This document shows positions 1-10,485 of a stretch of 64,000 nt of DNA, in pieces. This DNA is from Candidatus Cloacimonadales bacterium. GTDB taxonomy: Bacteria > Cloacimonadota > Cloacimonadia > Cloacimonadales > JAFGVF01. How positions within the stretch are numbered: position 1 is the first letter of the stretch; each line of letters opens with the position of its first letter. The stretch lies in the NCBI GenBank assembly GCA_963663475.2, contig CAXXJV010000001.1, forward strand, positions 1,888,001 to 1,952,000, in the 5' to 3' direction. The notes under the pieces are model-generated. The model did no database searches and was not told the DNA's origin. It worked only from the letters and a program-made list of their open reading frames with translations. A program made the translations under genes and the position numbers.

Positions 1-177
1 ATCCAAAATAAACTTCGAGCACTTGGTTATGACATCTCTTCAGATGGCGTATTAGGCCCTAATAGTCGTAAAGTACTTGGTAACTTTCAATATAAAAATG
101 GTTTGAAAGTTACTTGTGAGTTAGATAGAGAAACCTGCCATAAAATAGGATATATTCCTTATGATGTAAAACCTTAA
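1..177 (+). CDS. C-terminal end of a peptidoglycan-binding-domain protein (partial, runs off window)
   Basis: Frame 1 reads IQNKLRALGYDISSDGVLGPNSRKVLGNFQYKNGLKVTCELDRET..., matching the PG_binding_1 pattern (Q..L..LGY....DG..G..T...+..FQ...GL..TG.+D..T); stop at 175-177. Confidence 0.75.
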   Translation: MQNKLRALGYDISSDGVLGPNSRKVLGNFQYKNGLKVTCELDRETCHKIGYIPYDVKP

Positions 178-218
178 AAGGAGCAAAATTACAATGGCTA
201 AATCTAAAAAATATTATC

Positions 219-572
219 ATGCAAGATTTAAAGTATGAGAGTATGTCACAACATATGAAAGGTTTTATTCAAGGCCTTCTCTTTATTCTAATAATCATCA
301 TTATTATAGCTTTTTTTCATGTTATAGCTTATTTTGACCAAGCAATTGTAGGTAATAATTATTCTGATAATGGGGAAGTTGAGTATTGGAATGAAAATAT
401 TGAAACATCAGATGGCATTAGGTCTGGTGGACAAGCTGATAAATCTAATGAGCTATATGAAGGAAGAAGAAAAGATTTTGGTTCAAAATCTTTAAATGAG
501 AAGGATAGGGAAGAAAAAGCTAAAGCTAAAGAAGAAAGTGCTAAAAAGTCTTATGATTATCTTAAGAAATAA
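219..572 (+). CDS. small membrane-anchored hypothetical protein
   Basis: One hydrophobic N-terminal segment then a charged tail. An AGGAG RBS precedes ATG 194, which is 1 nt out of frame across an A6 run, so the true start may be 194. Confidence 0.55.
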   Translation: MQDLKYESMSQHMKGFIQGLLFILIIIIIIAFFHVIAYFDQAIVGNNYSDNGEVEYWNENIETSDGIRSGGQADKSNELYEGRRKDFGSKSLNEKDREEKAKAKEESAKKSYDYLKK

Positions 573-1575
573 TGGAAACTACTAGCTTGGTAAAGAGAAC
601 ATTAACAGCTAAGTCGGTAGATTTAAGCTTATAATCAGCCTGCAATAATAAATCGAAGATTTTACTCATTCTGATTCTGGCGTAGTTTTGAGCAAAGCGA
701 ATATAATCTTTTCTAAAAGTTGGATGAACTTCTTTAAGATAATTTGCTTGAATTTCAGATATTGAAAAGTTTTGCACTTGAAGATATTTTACTTTCCATA
801 TTGTTTGAAAGAAACGAGTTAGCATAATAATCATGAGAACTGAATTCTTACCTTCTTCTGCTTCTAAATAATTATGTAGGATATATAAAGCCTTTGCTTT
901 ATCTCTATTTCCAATTGCATTCTGAAGCTCGAAAACTGAACTAGCCCTGTTATTTTCCATACAAGTCTCTACATCTTGGCGGGTTAATACTTTTTTATCT
1001 CCGATAAAGATTAAAAGTTTCTCTAATTCATTATAAGCAGTATAATAGTCTGCTTCAATTTTTGATGAAAATAGAGAGATAGTATCCATTGATGAACGAA
1101 TTCTCAAACGTCGAAGCTCAGCATTTAGCCATTTTTCTATTTCCCAATAGCCTGCAGGTTGCTTTGCACTAATAGTAAGAAATTTATCAAATGCTTTAAA
1201 AATCTTAGTTGATTTTTTTATCTTTTCGCAATGAACAATTAAGATGGATGAGGCTGGTATTTTATGAATATATTCAGCAAGTTTAGTTTTATCTTTTTCT
1301 TTTAATTGATCAAATCCTCTAACAACAACAACTTTATGTTCCGCTAGAAAAGGGAACATTTCTAATTGTTCGATAATATCTTCACTATTAATATCTTCAC
1401 CAAAGAGATTTACTAAATCAAACTCTCTATCATCCTTGCATGTGTATTTATCAACTAGAGCTTTAATAACTTTATCTGATAGAAAGTGATCTTCTCCGTA
1501 AATAAAATAAACATTACTAAGCTGATGATTATCGATAATATTTAGAAATTGAGTTGAGCTATAAGAGTCGGACAT
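562..1575 (-). CDS. holA: DNA polymerase III delta subunit
   Basis: VYFIYGED, PFLAEHKVVVV, NELEKL and ADYKLKS motifs; 337 aa. Confidence 0.92.
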   Translation of the reverse strand: MSDSYSSTQFLNIIDNHQLSNVYFIYGEDHFLSDKVIKALVDKYTCKDDREFDLVNLFGEDINSEDIIEQLEMFPFLAEHKVVVVRGFDQLKEKDKTKLAEYIHKIPASSILIVHCEKIKKSTKIFKAFDKFLTISAKQPAGYWEIEKWLNAELRRLRIRSSMDTISLFSSKIEADYYTAYNELEKLLIFIGDKKVLTRQDVETCMENNRASSVFELQNAIGNRDKAKALYILHNYLEAEEGKNSVLMIIMLTRFFQTIWKVKYLQVQNFSISEIQANYLKEVHPTFRKDYIRFAQNYARIRMSKIFDLLLQADYKLKSTDLAVNVLFTKLVVSIIS

Positions 1576-1584
1576 TTTTATCTC

Positions 1585-2391
1585 CTAAAATAAGATAAAG
1601 TAGATTGAAACTAAAGATGCAAGCCAACAGTAATATGAAAAATACTTAAGTTTTTTTCTTTGAATGAGATTAATCAGCAAAGCAATTACTAGAAAACCTG
1701 AGATAAAGGCTGATAGAGCACCAAAGCTGTATCTGCCTAAGAGAGATAGATCGAAGGTTTCCATATCAAGAAAATCTAATAAAGCTGCACCTAGAATTGC
1801 TGGAATACTAAGTAAGAAAGAAAAACGAGCAGCATTCTCTCTTTTCATTTTGCTAAACAAGGCAAAAGCAATAGTCGTTCCTGATCTAGAAATTCCAGGG
1901 ATTATCGCTAGGGCTTGACCTATTCCAATAAAAATAGCTTTAGCCCAACCAATATTATAGTCTTCAAAGTCGCCATTGGGGATCTTGTCTGATATGTAGG
2001 TAATTAAACCAGTGACAAATAAAGATATGGCTACAGCAAGGGGAATATTGTAAAGAGATTCAAAATTATCTTTAAACATGATGCCAATGCCAGCTGTGGT
2101 AATGGTAGCTATGATCAAATAAGCAATTACCTTAAGATTATTCACATCAGAATATGTTTTTTTAGACGAAAAGACTTTTGTTGCTGATAATAAGAGAGCT
2201 AATAAGTCCTTATGAAAATAGATCAATACTGCTAGTAAAGATCCTAAATGAACTATTATCTCAAAGCTGATTCCTGGTTCATTGATACCCCAAAAGTATT
2301 GGGCTAAAACTAAATGACCTGAACTTGATACTGGTAAAAATTCAGTAAGTCCTTGGATAATTCCTAATATTATTGATTCAATTATTGACAT
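1585..2391 (-). CDS. uppP: undecaprenyl-diphosphate phosphatase (BacA)
   Basis: QGLTEFLPVSSSGHL and PGISRSGTT signature motifs. Confidence 0.97.
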   Translation of the reverse strand: MSIIESIILGIIQGLTEFLPVSSSGHLVLAQYFWGINEPGISFEIIVHLGSLLAVLIYFHKDLLALLLSATKVFSSKKTYSDVNNLKVIAYLIIATITTAGIGIMFKDNFESLYNIPLAVAISLFVTGLITYISDKIPNGDFEDYNIGWAKAIFIGIGQALAIIPGISRSGTTIAFALFSKMKRENAARFSFLLSIPAILGAALLDFLDMETFDLSLLGRYSFGALSAFISGFLVIALLINLIQRKKLKYFSYYCWLASLVSIYFILF

Positions 2392-2402
2392 ATTTTTTCC
2401 TT

Positions 2403-3581
2403 TTAATCAATTTTTGGTAGATCTGTATTTAATAAATCAGATACATTTACTATTTGAAAATGTTTTTTGTCAATCAAAGAAATAATATTTTTTACTTCTT
2501 GCATTTCTTTTTCACTAGTACACCTCATTAATAATGCAGGATTACTATTTTTAGCAAGATACCTATTAAGATTTTGTGAGTTAACTTGATTATATGAGAG
2601 AGTCCAAGTCGATAGAAGTTGATTTCTCAATGCTAGCTCAAAACCTTTAGACTTGCTTGTTGTCATTGCATCAATGTAATAAAGATTATGTTTAACACAA
2701 TAGTCAATTATTACTTTCATAAAATCTGTTTCAGAAGATGCGAAATCACCCCAATAGTGACTAATACCTTGAGCGGAGGCTACATTTTTATGGAGAGAGT
2801 TAATCTGGTCCCAGATGTCTTTTTTGATAATAGGGTTTTGAACTTTGATAGCATTTAATTGTGAGTAGGAATTTCTATTTGGATATGCTTCTAAGGGAAT
2901 AGAAAGCATAGTTTCTATGCCATGATAATTAGCAAGTTTAACAAGGGTATCAGTGTAGGTCCCATCTCCTAAGAAGGCAAGGGTTAAGTTCTTAGCTTTA
3001 ATTAAATCAAGATTAGCATCTATAAGTTCTTTATTATCACCAACTTCAGTAAGAATTAGACTAATCTCTTGAGATTGTTCAATATCTGAGTAAGGGCTTT
3101 TATCGTAAACAAGTCTAATAATATATTCATATGATTGATCTTGATTTCTATAAGTAAGCTTATGTCCTACCAGGTATTCCTTCCAGTTAGCAAAGAAGAT
3201 ACCTTCAATCAGTTTAGCATTTTTTTTTTCAAGTTCTTGCTTGAGGATAATATTAGCATAAGTAAGATCAATTAGTTCTCGATTGAGCATAAACCTTAAA
3301 TATACCTGTCTGGGATTATTAGTAGCTTTATCTTCATATCTAATAATATTGGGGTAAATATTAGGAGAGAACCTGCTAGAATTCTCTCCATAAGGTATTT
3401 TTAAAGAATAGGCAACATCATAGATAGCCATTTCTAAAGAGTCTATCTCTGCTTCATACCAAGGGTGAAAGTCTTCTATTTCATTATTTTCTAAAGAAAC
3501 TTCTGCTTGTTTTTCTAGCTTCTTTTCTGAACCACAAGCTATTAGTATAAAGATTGAAAAGACAAGTGAGACAATTTTCAT
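2403..3581 (-). CDS. lipoprotein with C-terminal divergent polysaccharide deacetylase (YibQ-like) domain
   Basis: Lipobox LIAC. C-terminal half resembles YibQ family (ETMLSIPLEA, GISHYWG, YYIDAMTT) but the motifs are degenerate. Confidence 0.6.
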   Translation of the reverse strand: MKIVSLVFSIFILIACGSEKKLEKQAEVSLENNEIEDFHPWYEAEIDSLEMAIYDVAYSLKIPYGENSSRFSPNIYPNIIRYEDKATNNPRQVYLRFMLNRELIDLTYANIILKQELEKKNAKLIEGIFFANWKEYLVGHKLTYRNQDQSYEYIIRLVYDKSPYSDIEQSQEISLILTEVGDNKELIDANLDLIKAKNLTLAFLGDGTYTDTLVKLANYHGIETMLSIPLEAYPNRNSYSQLNAIKVQNPIIKKDIWDQINSLHKNVASAQGISHYWGDFASSETDFMKVIIDYCVKHNLYYIDAMTTSKSKGFELALRNQLLSTWTLSYNQVNSQNLNRYLAKNSNPALLMRCTSEKEMQEVKNIISLIDKKHFQIVNVSDLLNTDLPKID

Positions 3582-4255
3582 TAAAAGTTTAGTTGGAGAT
3601 TGAGCATAGGAGTCATATTCTGATTAACACTTGAATATATGGTATATTTATCAGCAATATCTCTATTTTTATATCTAATTAGCATATCAAAGAAGGAAAA
3701 CATATGGTTTGCAACAAGCAGACCTGTGGCAACTTTAGCATAGTCTTGATTAAGAAAATATTTCTGTCTTAAATCATTATATTTATATCTATTATTTTTA
3801 CTATCCCATCTCCAGTTTTCTTCATCAGGTATCGCATTGTCATCGATGTAGTTTTGTTGAGCATCAGGATCACCAGGGAACTGGCTTATTGCTTGGTTGA
3901 GCACTTCTTGGTTATAACCACCTGATTCATAGTAGGAAGAATTATAACGTCCAATCATTTTATAATAGGACTCAGGATAAGAAGCTGGCTTAATATGAGC
4001 AAAATTAATTGCATAATTGATACTTTGGTCTTTTTTAATATCAGCTTCATTGGAGAAATAAATTAAAGAAGAGATAAAGGCTACTTCTAAGCCCAGGTGG
4101 GCATAGCCAATTTTATTATCACTTGAAATCTGTCCCCAACCAGGTAACAAAGCAGATTTAAGGGGAGCAAAGCTATATTTATCTGCTGCTAAGAGAGGAA
4201 AAACTAAGATCAGGGTTAAGCCTATGATTAGTTTTTTTTTAAAATTTAAACCCAT
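3581..4255 (-). CDS. DUF5683-like exported/membrane protein (paralogue 3)
   Basis: Signal peptide, SALLPGWGQ motif, W-x-W-D-S...Y...R and 'NH..S..D' C-terminal motif, terminal Phe. Confidence 0.6.
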   Translation of the reverse strand: MGLNFKKKLIIGLTLILVFPLLAADKYSFAPLKSALLPGWGQISSDNKIGYAHLGLEVAFISSLIYFSNEADIKKDQSINYAINFAHIKPASYPESYYKMIGRYNSSYYESGGYNQEVLNQAISQFPGDPDAQQNYIDDNAIPDEENWRWDSKNNRYKYNDLRQKYFLNQDYAKVATGLLVANHMFSFFDMLIRYKNRDIADKYTIYSSVNQNMTPMLNLQLNF

Positions 4256-4904
4256 AATTTACCAATACTCCTTGATGATTTAAGTCAGGTTGTACGTTTA
4301 TAGAATGTCTTTCAATAAATTCTTTATTATTATTACTAGTGGAAATTGCTGTAGAAATTGCACTATATATATGATTAACAATTAAAGCTCCAATAACAAT
4401 ATTAGCATTTTGGTTATTCTTTTGTTTTTGGGCTCTATAACTTCTATATTTTTTATAGTTTTCAGAAGATTCCCAATCCCATGCTTGTTCCTCAGATATA
4501 CTATATTGATTAACAAATTCATAATATCCTTGGCTACCATAACCGTAGTAGTTTTGGGCATTGAGTCTGACATTTTCGTTGAATTGTTGACTGGAAATCT
4601 GTTGTGCTAAGAGGTCATAGTAGTCACTACTAGCGTTAAGAGGGGCACCAGTTACTTTATAAGCAAATTGCTTTGCTGAGTTATCAAAAGAATCTGCTTG
4701 TTTATTAAAATGAAAAAGGCCTGCTATTAATGCTACTTCTCTAAATATTGCAATACCGCCTTTAGCGTAGTTTCGAGCATAAATATCACCACTTCCTGGT
4801 ACAAGGGCAGACATTGCTAATGATAGTTTGGTTGAATGAATCTTATCTGCACTTAAACAAGTGAGAATAAGTAGAGAAAGGGTTATTAAAAGAATCTTTT
4901 TCAC
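4239..4904 (-). CDS. DUF5683-like exported/membrane protein (paralogue 2)
   Basis: SALVPGSGDIY, WDWES, NHIYSAI motifs; GTG start; terminal Phe. Confidence 0.6.
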   Translation of the reverse strand: MKKILLITLSLLILTCLSADKIHSTKLSLAMSALVPGSGDIYARNYAKGGIAIFREVALIAGLFHFNKQADSFDNSAKQFAYKVTGAPLNASSDYYDLLAQQISSQQFNENVRLNAQNYYGYGSQGYYEFVNQYSISEEQAWDWESSENYKKYRSYRAQKQKNNQNANIVIGALIVNHIYSAISTAISTSNNNKEFIERHSINVQPDLNHQGVLVNYGFKF

Positions 4905-5834
4905 TTAGAACCTCTGACTTATGAAAAGCATAGGAGTAAACCTATCATCTTTACTTGTTGCTGCATAATTGAATTGGAAATTACTTTGAGAGATATAGTT
5001 TTTGTTATATCTTTGTACTGCCAGACCAGCATCTACAGCAGAAACAAGTCTGTTAAGTAGCATACCATAAAGAAAATAGTCTGCCTTACTATATTGATCT
5101 TGAGCATCTTTTCTCATTTGGATATATTTTTCCCTCATAGGAGAATAGACACCATCATTGATATTTTCAGTATAATTATCATTAGTGAGTTCATAGCCAA
5201 TGATAGTATGGTTAATATCTTCAGCATCGGTGTTCCAGAGAACTATTGGTTTAACAGCACCTTCATTAAGATTACCTTGACCATTATAAGCATATCTTTC
5301 ATACCAGTCTGCCCAACCATAAATATATTTATTATATTTACCAACATCTTCATAAAAGTGCTGAGTATTTTGCTGGTCTAAACGATAAAAGCCATTTACT
5401 CCTAGGTCGTAAATATCAGCAGTGTTTAAATCTGAAACATAAGATTCAACAATACTCTGGAATTGTCTATTATAACGTGGGCCAGAATAAATCTCTTGGC
5501 CACTCACAGGGTCATAAAGGCTTATGTTTTCGCCATTAACATATTTTTCATAAGCTCTCTCTTGGTCTATAGCATCTTGTCTTGCTGAAACATAGCCATA
5601 GATTAGAGCTCCTTCAATAATTGGAAAGATATAGCCTACCCATCTGGAAGGATTAACATATATAGAACCTGCTCCAGGCAGGATAGCAGACATAGTAATA
5701 GCCAGCTTAGTACTCTTTTTTTGGTAATTAACCTGAATCACATTATTTTCTAATTCTAAATCATCTATTAAAGGTTGGGCAAAGATGTTTAATGATAAGC
5801 TAGCTATGATTAATATAAACAAGTATTTTTTCAT
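4905..5834 (-). CDS. DUF5683-like exported/membrane protein (paralogue 1)
   Basis: SAILPGAGSIY, YEDVGKY and NRLVSAVDA motifs; terminal Phe. Confidence 0.6.
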   Translation of the reverse strand: MKKYLFILIIASLSLNIFAQPLIDDLELENNVIQVNYQKKSTKLAITMSAILPGAGSIYVNPSRWVGYIFPIIEGALIYGYVSARQDAIDQERAYEKYVNGENISLYDPVSGQEIYSGPRYNRQFQSIVESYVSDLNTADIYDLGVNGFYRLDQQNTQHFYEDVGKYNKYIYGWADWYERYAYNGQGNLNEGAVKPIVLWNTDAEDINHTIIGYELTNDNYTENINDGVYSPMREKYIQMRKDAQDQYSKADYFLYGMLLNRLVSAVDAGLAVQRYNKNYISQSNFQFNYAATSKDDRFTPMLFISQRF

Positions 5835-5842
5835 ATATTCTC

Positions 5843-8800
5843 CTATTTTGTTACAGCAAATTTAAACTTATAAGTGGAATTTTCTTCAATTATTCCAATA
5901 TAGATACCTGAAGCTACTTGCGAGAAGTCAATTAAGCTATCAACATGATCTAAGTCATTTGATTCAATAACATAGCTTTTAATTAATTTTCCAGCAATAT
6001 CATAAATCTTAACCTTAGCTTCTTTCTTGATGTTAAAAATCCTTAGAGTAGCTTGATTACCAGCAACAGGATTAGGGAAGACATAGGCAGAAATACTCTG
6101 ATTGTTGTCTTCATTTGAAGAAGTTTGTTTGAGGTAATTCAGATTTCTATTAGGATTATAATTATTAACTTCCCAATTAAGAGGATTGACAAGATTTTTT
6201 TTCTCTGTCCATTGAAGGATTACAGAATTATCAAAGCTAGTAATTTGGAAAAAATAGCCTAAGGAATCACCGTCTTCACTTTTATAGTGAGAAAAAATTC
6301 TACTATTGCTATTATCAATAAGGCTTAAAGCTGGATCAATAGTATCTTGATTAAGATTCCAAGCTAGATAATTATTTTCTTCAACAGGTAGGTAAATAGT
6401 TTTGCCATAGTAGCTAGATTCTTGATTATTTAAGTAGGAATTATCAATAATCAGTAATTCATCCTGAGTGAAGTCATAATTGTGGAATGTTCTCGGGAAG
6501 TTTAATGGGAAAGTTCCATCAATATAATTGGCATAAACACTATTTCCAGAAGTGAAAACAAGGTAAACATCCTGCTCATCATTATTCAGGGCTAGTTGAG
6601 AAGTAGGTTGGTCTGCTAAAGTAGCAGAATAGTCATACACTACTTGCAGGTCAGTTTTATTATATGAGTAAATGACATTATCACTAGTTTTCATAATTAA
6701 AAACTGGTCTGTTTTATACACTTGATCTGTTTGATTTTCTGTATAATGATTAAGAATTACTGGTTTAGTATTAATATTTCCAGGTAAATCTAGGCTAATA
6801 TTAGCTGTAAGGTCTATAAGCAGGTCATTAGTAATAAAGAACAAATCTGTTTCTGAAGCAATAATGTGGTCAACTTGATAATCCATTTCCGTGATTTCAA
6901 TGCTATTATCAGAAGTATGGTACTTTATTTCCAGAACTTTATTATCTGTTTTTACATAATACTTATTATCAAAGAACTGAGGCATTTCATTAACCATAGT
7001 ATTTAGTTCAAAAGTATGGGCAATATTATTTCTAAGAACCAGCATTTTAGAAGAATAGAATAGTACTAATTCATCGTTATCATCATTATCGAAATCTACT
7101 TTTTGGAGAGGGTGAATAATCTGATAATCATCAATTACATGATCTAAATCAATGGACGAAAAACTTTCAAAATCGTGTTCAGCTTTATCAAAATAATACA
7201 AATCGATAGAATTATTGCTAACTAAAGCAATATCGGAAAGTTTAGTAGTACCGTCGAAAATAGGAGAAATTGTTATAATCTCTCTTTCAGAAGTAATTGA
7301 AGTAGTTCTGTTAAGAATTGGAGAGCCATAGGAAAAAGTCATTTCCTTGCCAGATTGAGAGATATTATAAAGTCCAGAAGTGTGAGCAAAGCCTGAAGAT
7401 GTAACTAAAGGTGGGGTAGAGCTAGCATTTAAAACATCATTATGAATTCTATCACTCCAACCTGCAAAGAAATCATCCCCATTTATTGTTTCAAAACTTG
7501 GTATATGCTTGAAGTAGTATTCAAAAGCAGTTCCTTTCCAGTAATAGGCATAGACATTACCAATATCAGGAATTGCATCAGCTTCAATTATTTCCACACC
7601 TCGCTTGCTATATCTAGTATTTATGAAATTATTGGCAAAGTTAGAAACAAAGTTACCCTGAGAGTCATAAGAACCTTGATTATAAAGGACATCATCATTA
7701 ACCTTCCAAACTAATAATCCTCCTCCAATTGCATTTACGTTTTGATCAATAAAGGAGGGTAGTAGATAATCATATTCAAATGTAGGGTTATTATCATCGT
7801 CTTGGTAGGCAGTTGGATGTAAAGCTATTCTTCCATCTAAAGCAGAAAATACAGCAGTACCACCATCTCCATCAGGGTCAACATTTCTGTTCTCGATTAA
7901 GATATATTCATCTTCAGAAATTTGTAATTTATAGATATATGGTGCTTTAGTTAGATCATATCTTTCTTCAGCACAGGTAATTCTTATGTCTTGGAGTTTT
8001 GTTAAATCTTCAATATCTTTGAGAATTCCTCTTTGTCTAAATGAATCTTCAAACATTAAAACTCGAGAAAAAGCACCTGGTAGGCCAGGGATTATTCCTT
8101 CAATTGAATAGGTTTTATCATCAATTCCTGAACCCATACCTACTTCAGTAGATCCACCAGAATCCATAATATCGAAAGAACCAACCATAGGATAATAGCT
8201 GTTAACAGCATAGAGGTCAACTAATCCTAAGGAATGACCAAACTCATGGAACATTACTCCATTGAGAGCTCCATAACCACTAACTTGAATATTACCATCA
8301 CCAAAATCATATTCACTAATATCTTGAGTGATAGTTTCAGGAATATTACAAGCATAATCAATTATGTGACTACCCCCATCAACTACAGCTTCTTTTCCAT
8401 CGCCAACTCTTATAAAGAAAGATGGTATATCACTAGGAGTATCAGCAAGTACGTCATGTTGCCAATCAGAACCAGCATGAATAATCATGTAGTGTGAATA
8501 GTTGGAAAATTGAATTTCAGGAGATTCTTGGTCTGCTGTTTCAAAAGATTCTTTAAAGTATTCTTCCATTTTAGCAACAAATTCTTGGTTGCTTGCTCCT
8601 GGAGGGTTATAATAACCCATAGGTTGAGAAAGAGTGTAGCATGCTTTATCTTGTGGGTATATATCCCATTCAAGGTCAAAGCCACCCAGACTAGCAGCTA
8701 GATAGTAATATCTCATAGCCAAAGCCATTTTGTCATAATACTCTTGATCATGAGGTGGTTTAGAGAGTTGGATAGGATAGTTTTCAGGAGCTTGAAGAAT

Positions 8801-9076
8801 AAACTGTCCATTACCTGTAGTATTTGGATCATCAACAATTTCTTCTTGGAAGCCTACTAAAATAATCAGTAGTTTATTATAAGTCTTATCTCTGTGTCTA
8901 TCAGATTTAAGTATCTGAGAATCTTTTTTGATTGAGCTTAAATATTGCTCAGCAGGATGTTGTTTCTTCTTAGCAATTTCATTTTTCCTGTAGCTAAGAG
9001 GAATTTTGTCAGCAAAGGCAAACTGGGGAATTAACCCCAGTAAAACCACAATAGTTAATAGTTTAACTCTATTCAT
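5843..9076 (-). CDS. M6 (immune inhibitor A-like) metalloprotease with T9SS-type C-terminal sorting domain
   Basis: IIHAG, HEFGHSLGLVDLY zinc motif, FDIMDSG Met-turn, YILIENR, GLLVW; CTD VFPNPV...IYDIAGKLI...ASGIY. Confidence 0.88.
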   Translation of the reverse strand: MNRVKLLTIVVLLGLIPQFAFADKIPLSYRKNEIAKKKQHPAEQYLSSIKKDSQILKSDRHRDKTYNKLLIILVGFQEEIVDDPNTTGNGQFILQAPENYPIQLSKPPHDQEYYDKMALAMRYYYLAASLGGFDLEWDIYPQDKACYTLSQPMGYYNPPGASNQEFVAKMEEYFKESFETADQESPEIQFSNYSHYMIIHAGSDWQHDVLADTPSDIPSFFIRVGDGKEAVVDGGSHIIDYACNIPETITQDISEYDFGDGNIQVSGYGALNGVMFHEFGHSLGLVDLYAVNSYYPMVGSFDIMDSGGSTEVGMGSGIDDKTYSIEGIIPGLPGAFSRVLMFEDSFRQRGILKDIEDLTKLQDIRITCAEERYDLTKAPYIYKLQISEDEYILIENRNVDPDGDGGTAVFSALDGRIALHPTAYQDDDNNPTFEYDYLLPSFIDQNVNAIGGGLLVWKVNDDVLYNQGSYDSQGNFVSNFANNFINTRYSKRGVEIIEADAIPDIGNVYAYYWKGTAFEYYFKHIPSFETINGDDFFAGWSDRIHNDVLNASSTPPLVTSSGFAHTSGLYNISQSGKEMTFSYGSPILNRTTSITSEREIITISPIFDGTTKLSDIALVSNNSIDLYYFDKAEHDFESFSSIDLDHVIDDYQIIHPLQKVDFDNDDNDELVLFYSSKMLVLRNNIAHTFELNTMVNEMPQFFDNKYYVKTDNKVLEIKYHTSDNSIEITEMDYQVDHIIASETDLFFITNDLLIDLTANISLDLPGNINTKPVILNHYTENQTDQVYKTDQFLIMKTSDNVIYSYNKTDLQVVYDYSATLADQPTSQLALNNDEQDVYLVFTSGNSVYANYIDGTFPLNFPRTFHNYDFTQDELLIIDNSYLNNQESSYYGKTIYLPVEENNYLAWNLNQDTIDPALSLIDNSNSRIFSHYKSEDGDSLGYFFQITSFDNSVILQWTEKKNLVNPLNWEVNNYNPNRNLNYLKQTSSNEDNNQSISAYVFPNPVAGNQATLRIFNIKKEAKVKIYDIAGKLIKSYVIESNDLDHVDSLIDFSQVASGIYIGIIEENSTYKFKFAVTK

Positions 9077-9097
9077 AATACTATAGAAATAGTTTTA

Positions 9098-10150
9098 TTA
9101 AAATTCTAAGCTAAGTGAGAATAACTTATTATAGTCTGTTAAGTCTCCACCTTGTTGCATAGCAAAGTCAGCTGATAATCTGTAGATTTCATTGAAAGTA
9201 TAATGGATACCAACTCCAAATGATGGACCTACAATCTCACCAGCAGAGTCATTTACATAGCCACCTCTTAAAGAGAGTAGTTTCATATATGTATATTCAA
9301 TACCAGCATTGTAGATATAATCATTATCATTCCAGTCAGTAACTAATCTTTTGATTAAGCCGTGTTCATTAGCAAGAAGTTTGTTCACATCTGCATTAAC
9401 AGTAACATCAGTAAAGTCATCTGACCATGCTTTGTAAGAAAGGCCTGTTCTGAGGTTAAGAGATAATGGATCTTTTTGAGAATCATCAACATAAGTTACA
9501 TCAGGACCAAAGTTTTGGAGGGTTAAACCCCAAGATAGTTCTCCAATATAAGGGTCATCAATATCAGCGTAAGCTAGGATATCTTTAGCTTTTACACCAA
9601 AGTCAAAAGCAAAAGTCATTCCCACACCCTTGTTATCAGTATTACCTGTAGCAGGACCTAAATCAGAACGAATAAATTTAAAGTTAGTTCCAACACCCCA
9701 GTTTTCATCAATTTGATAACCATAAGTAAGGGCAAGAGAGATATCATAACTAGAGAACTCACCAAGAGGATTACCTGATTCATCTGTTTGAGTTTGAGAA
9801 CCAAGACTCATAAATTGAATAAAGGCACCTACATTACCAATTTCTGGATAATATTGGTTGAAGCTAAGATATTCATAGTAAAGATCACCAATACCAGAAC
9901 CTTGTAACCAGTTAGTGTGCATACCTGCAATTTGTGTTTTTCTATTAAAGGCCATAGCGCCTGGATTCCAGTAAGCAGCATAGGCATCATCAGCTTGAGC
10001 AACAAAGGCTTCACCCATACCAGAAGCACGTGAACCTGGAGCTATAAGTAAAAAGATTAGAGCACCTTCAGAAACAGCAGATAGGGCAGTAGGAATTGCC
10101 ATACATACTATCAATATTGCAATTACCATCGTATTTTTCATTTTAAACAT
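9098..10150 (-). CDS. porV: PorV/PorQ-family outer-membrane beta-barrel (T9SS shuttle-like)
   Basis: FLLIAPGSRASGMGEAFVAQADDAYAAYWNPG N-terminal signature, GIEY..LSLRGGY, terminal Phe. Confidence 0.85.
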   Translation of the reverse strand: MFKMKNTMVIAILIVCMAIPTALSAVSEGALIFLLIAPGSRASGMGEAFVAQADDAYAAYWNPGAMAFNRKTQIAGMHTNWLQGSGIGDLYYEYLSFNQYYPEIGNVGAFIQFMSLGSQTQTDESGNPLGEFSSYDISLALTYGYQIDENWGVGTNFKFIRSDLGPATGNTDNKGVGMTFAFDFGVKAKDILAYADIDDPYIGELSWGLTLQNFGPDVTYVDDSQKDPLSLNLRTGLSYKAWSDDFTDVTVNADVNKLLANEHGLIKRLVTDWNDNDYIYNAGIEYTYMKLLSLRGGYVNDSAGEIVGPSFGVGIHYTFNEIYRLSADFAMQQGGDLTDYNKLFSLSLEF

Positions 10151-10301
10151 TTATCCTCCAATGAATAATTTCGTTATTTTTTTTAATCTAAGGACACATC
10201 GCATTGTTGAAATATCTTCAACAATATAAGTGCAAAATAAAAATAGTCAAGATAAATAGCAATATTTTTTCTGTATTACTCCTAATAAAGTTAATTTTTT
10301 A

Positions 10302-10388
10302 TGGTGCCGAAGGCCGGACTCGAACCGGCACGAGTGTTCACTCGGAGGATTTTGAATCCACTGCGTCTACCAATTTCACCACTCCGGC
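10302..10388 (-). tRNA. tRNA-Leu(CAA)
   Basis: Reverse complement GCCGGAGTGGTGAAATTGGTAGACGCAGTGGATTCAAAATCC...GGTTCGAGTCC...CGGCACCA; anticodon loop TT-CAA-AA, long variable arm, encoded CCA. Confidence 0.97.
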
Positions 10389-10485
10389 ACTTATTCTTAA
10401 ATATATTATTGAAGTTTTATGTCAAGAAAAAACCTTAACTATAAGAAAAAAACTCTAATTATTTATCTTTTTATGTTTACTATAT

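Noticed and set aside
194-238. Programmed frameshift or phase variation at the A6 run before ORF 219-572
   Set aside because: A short homopolymer indel cannot be distinguished from sequencing error or simple mutation.
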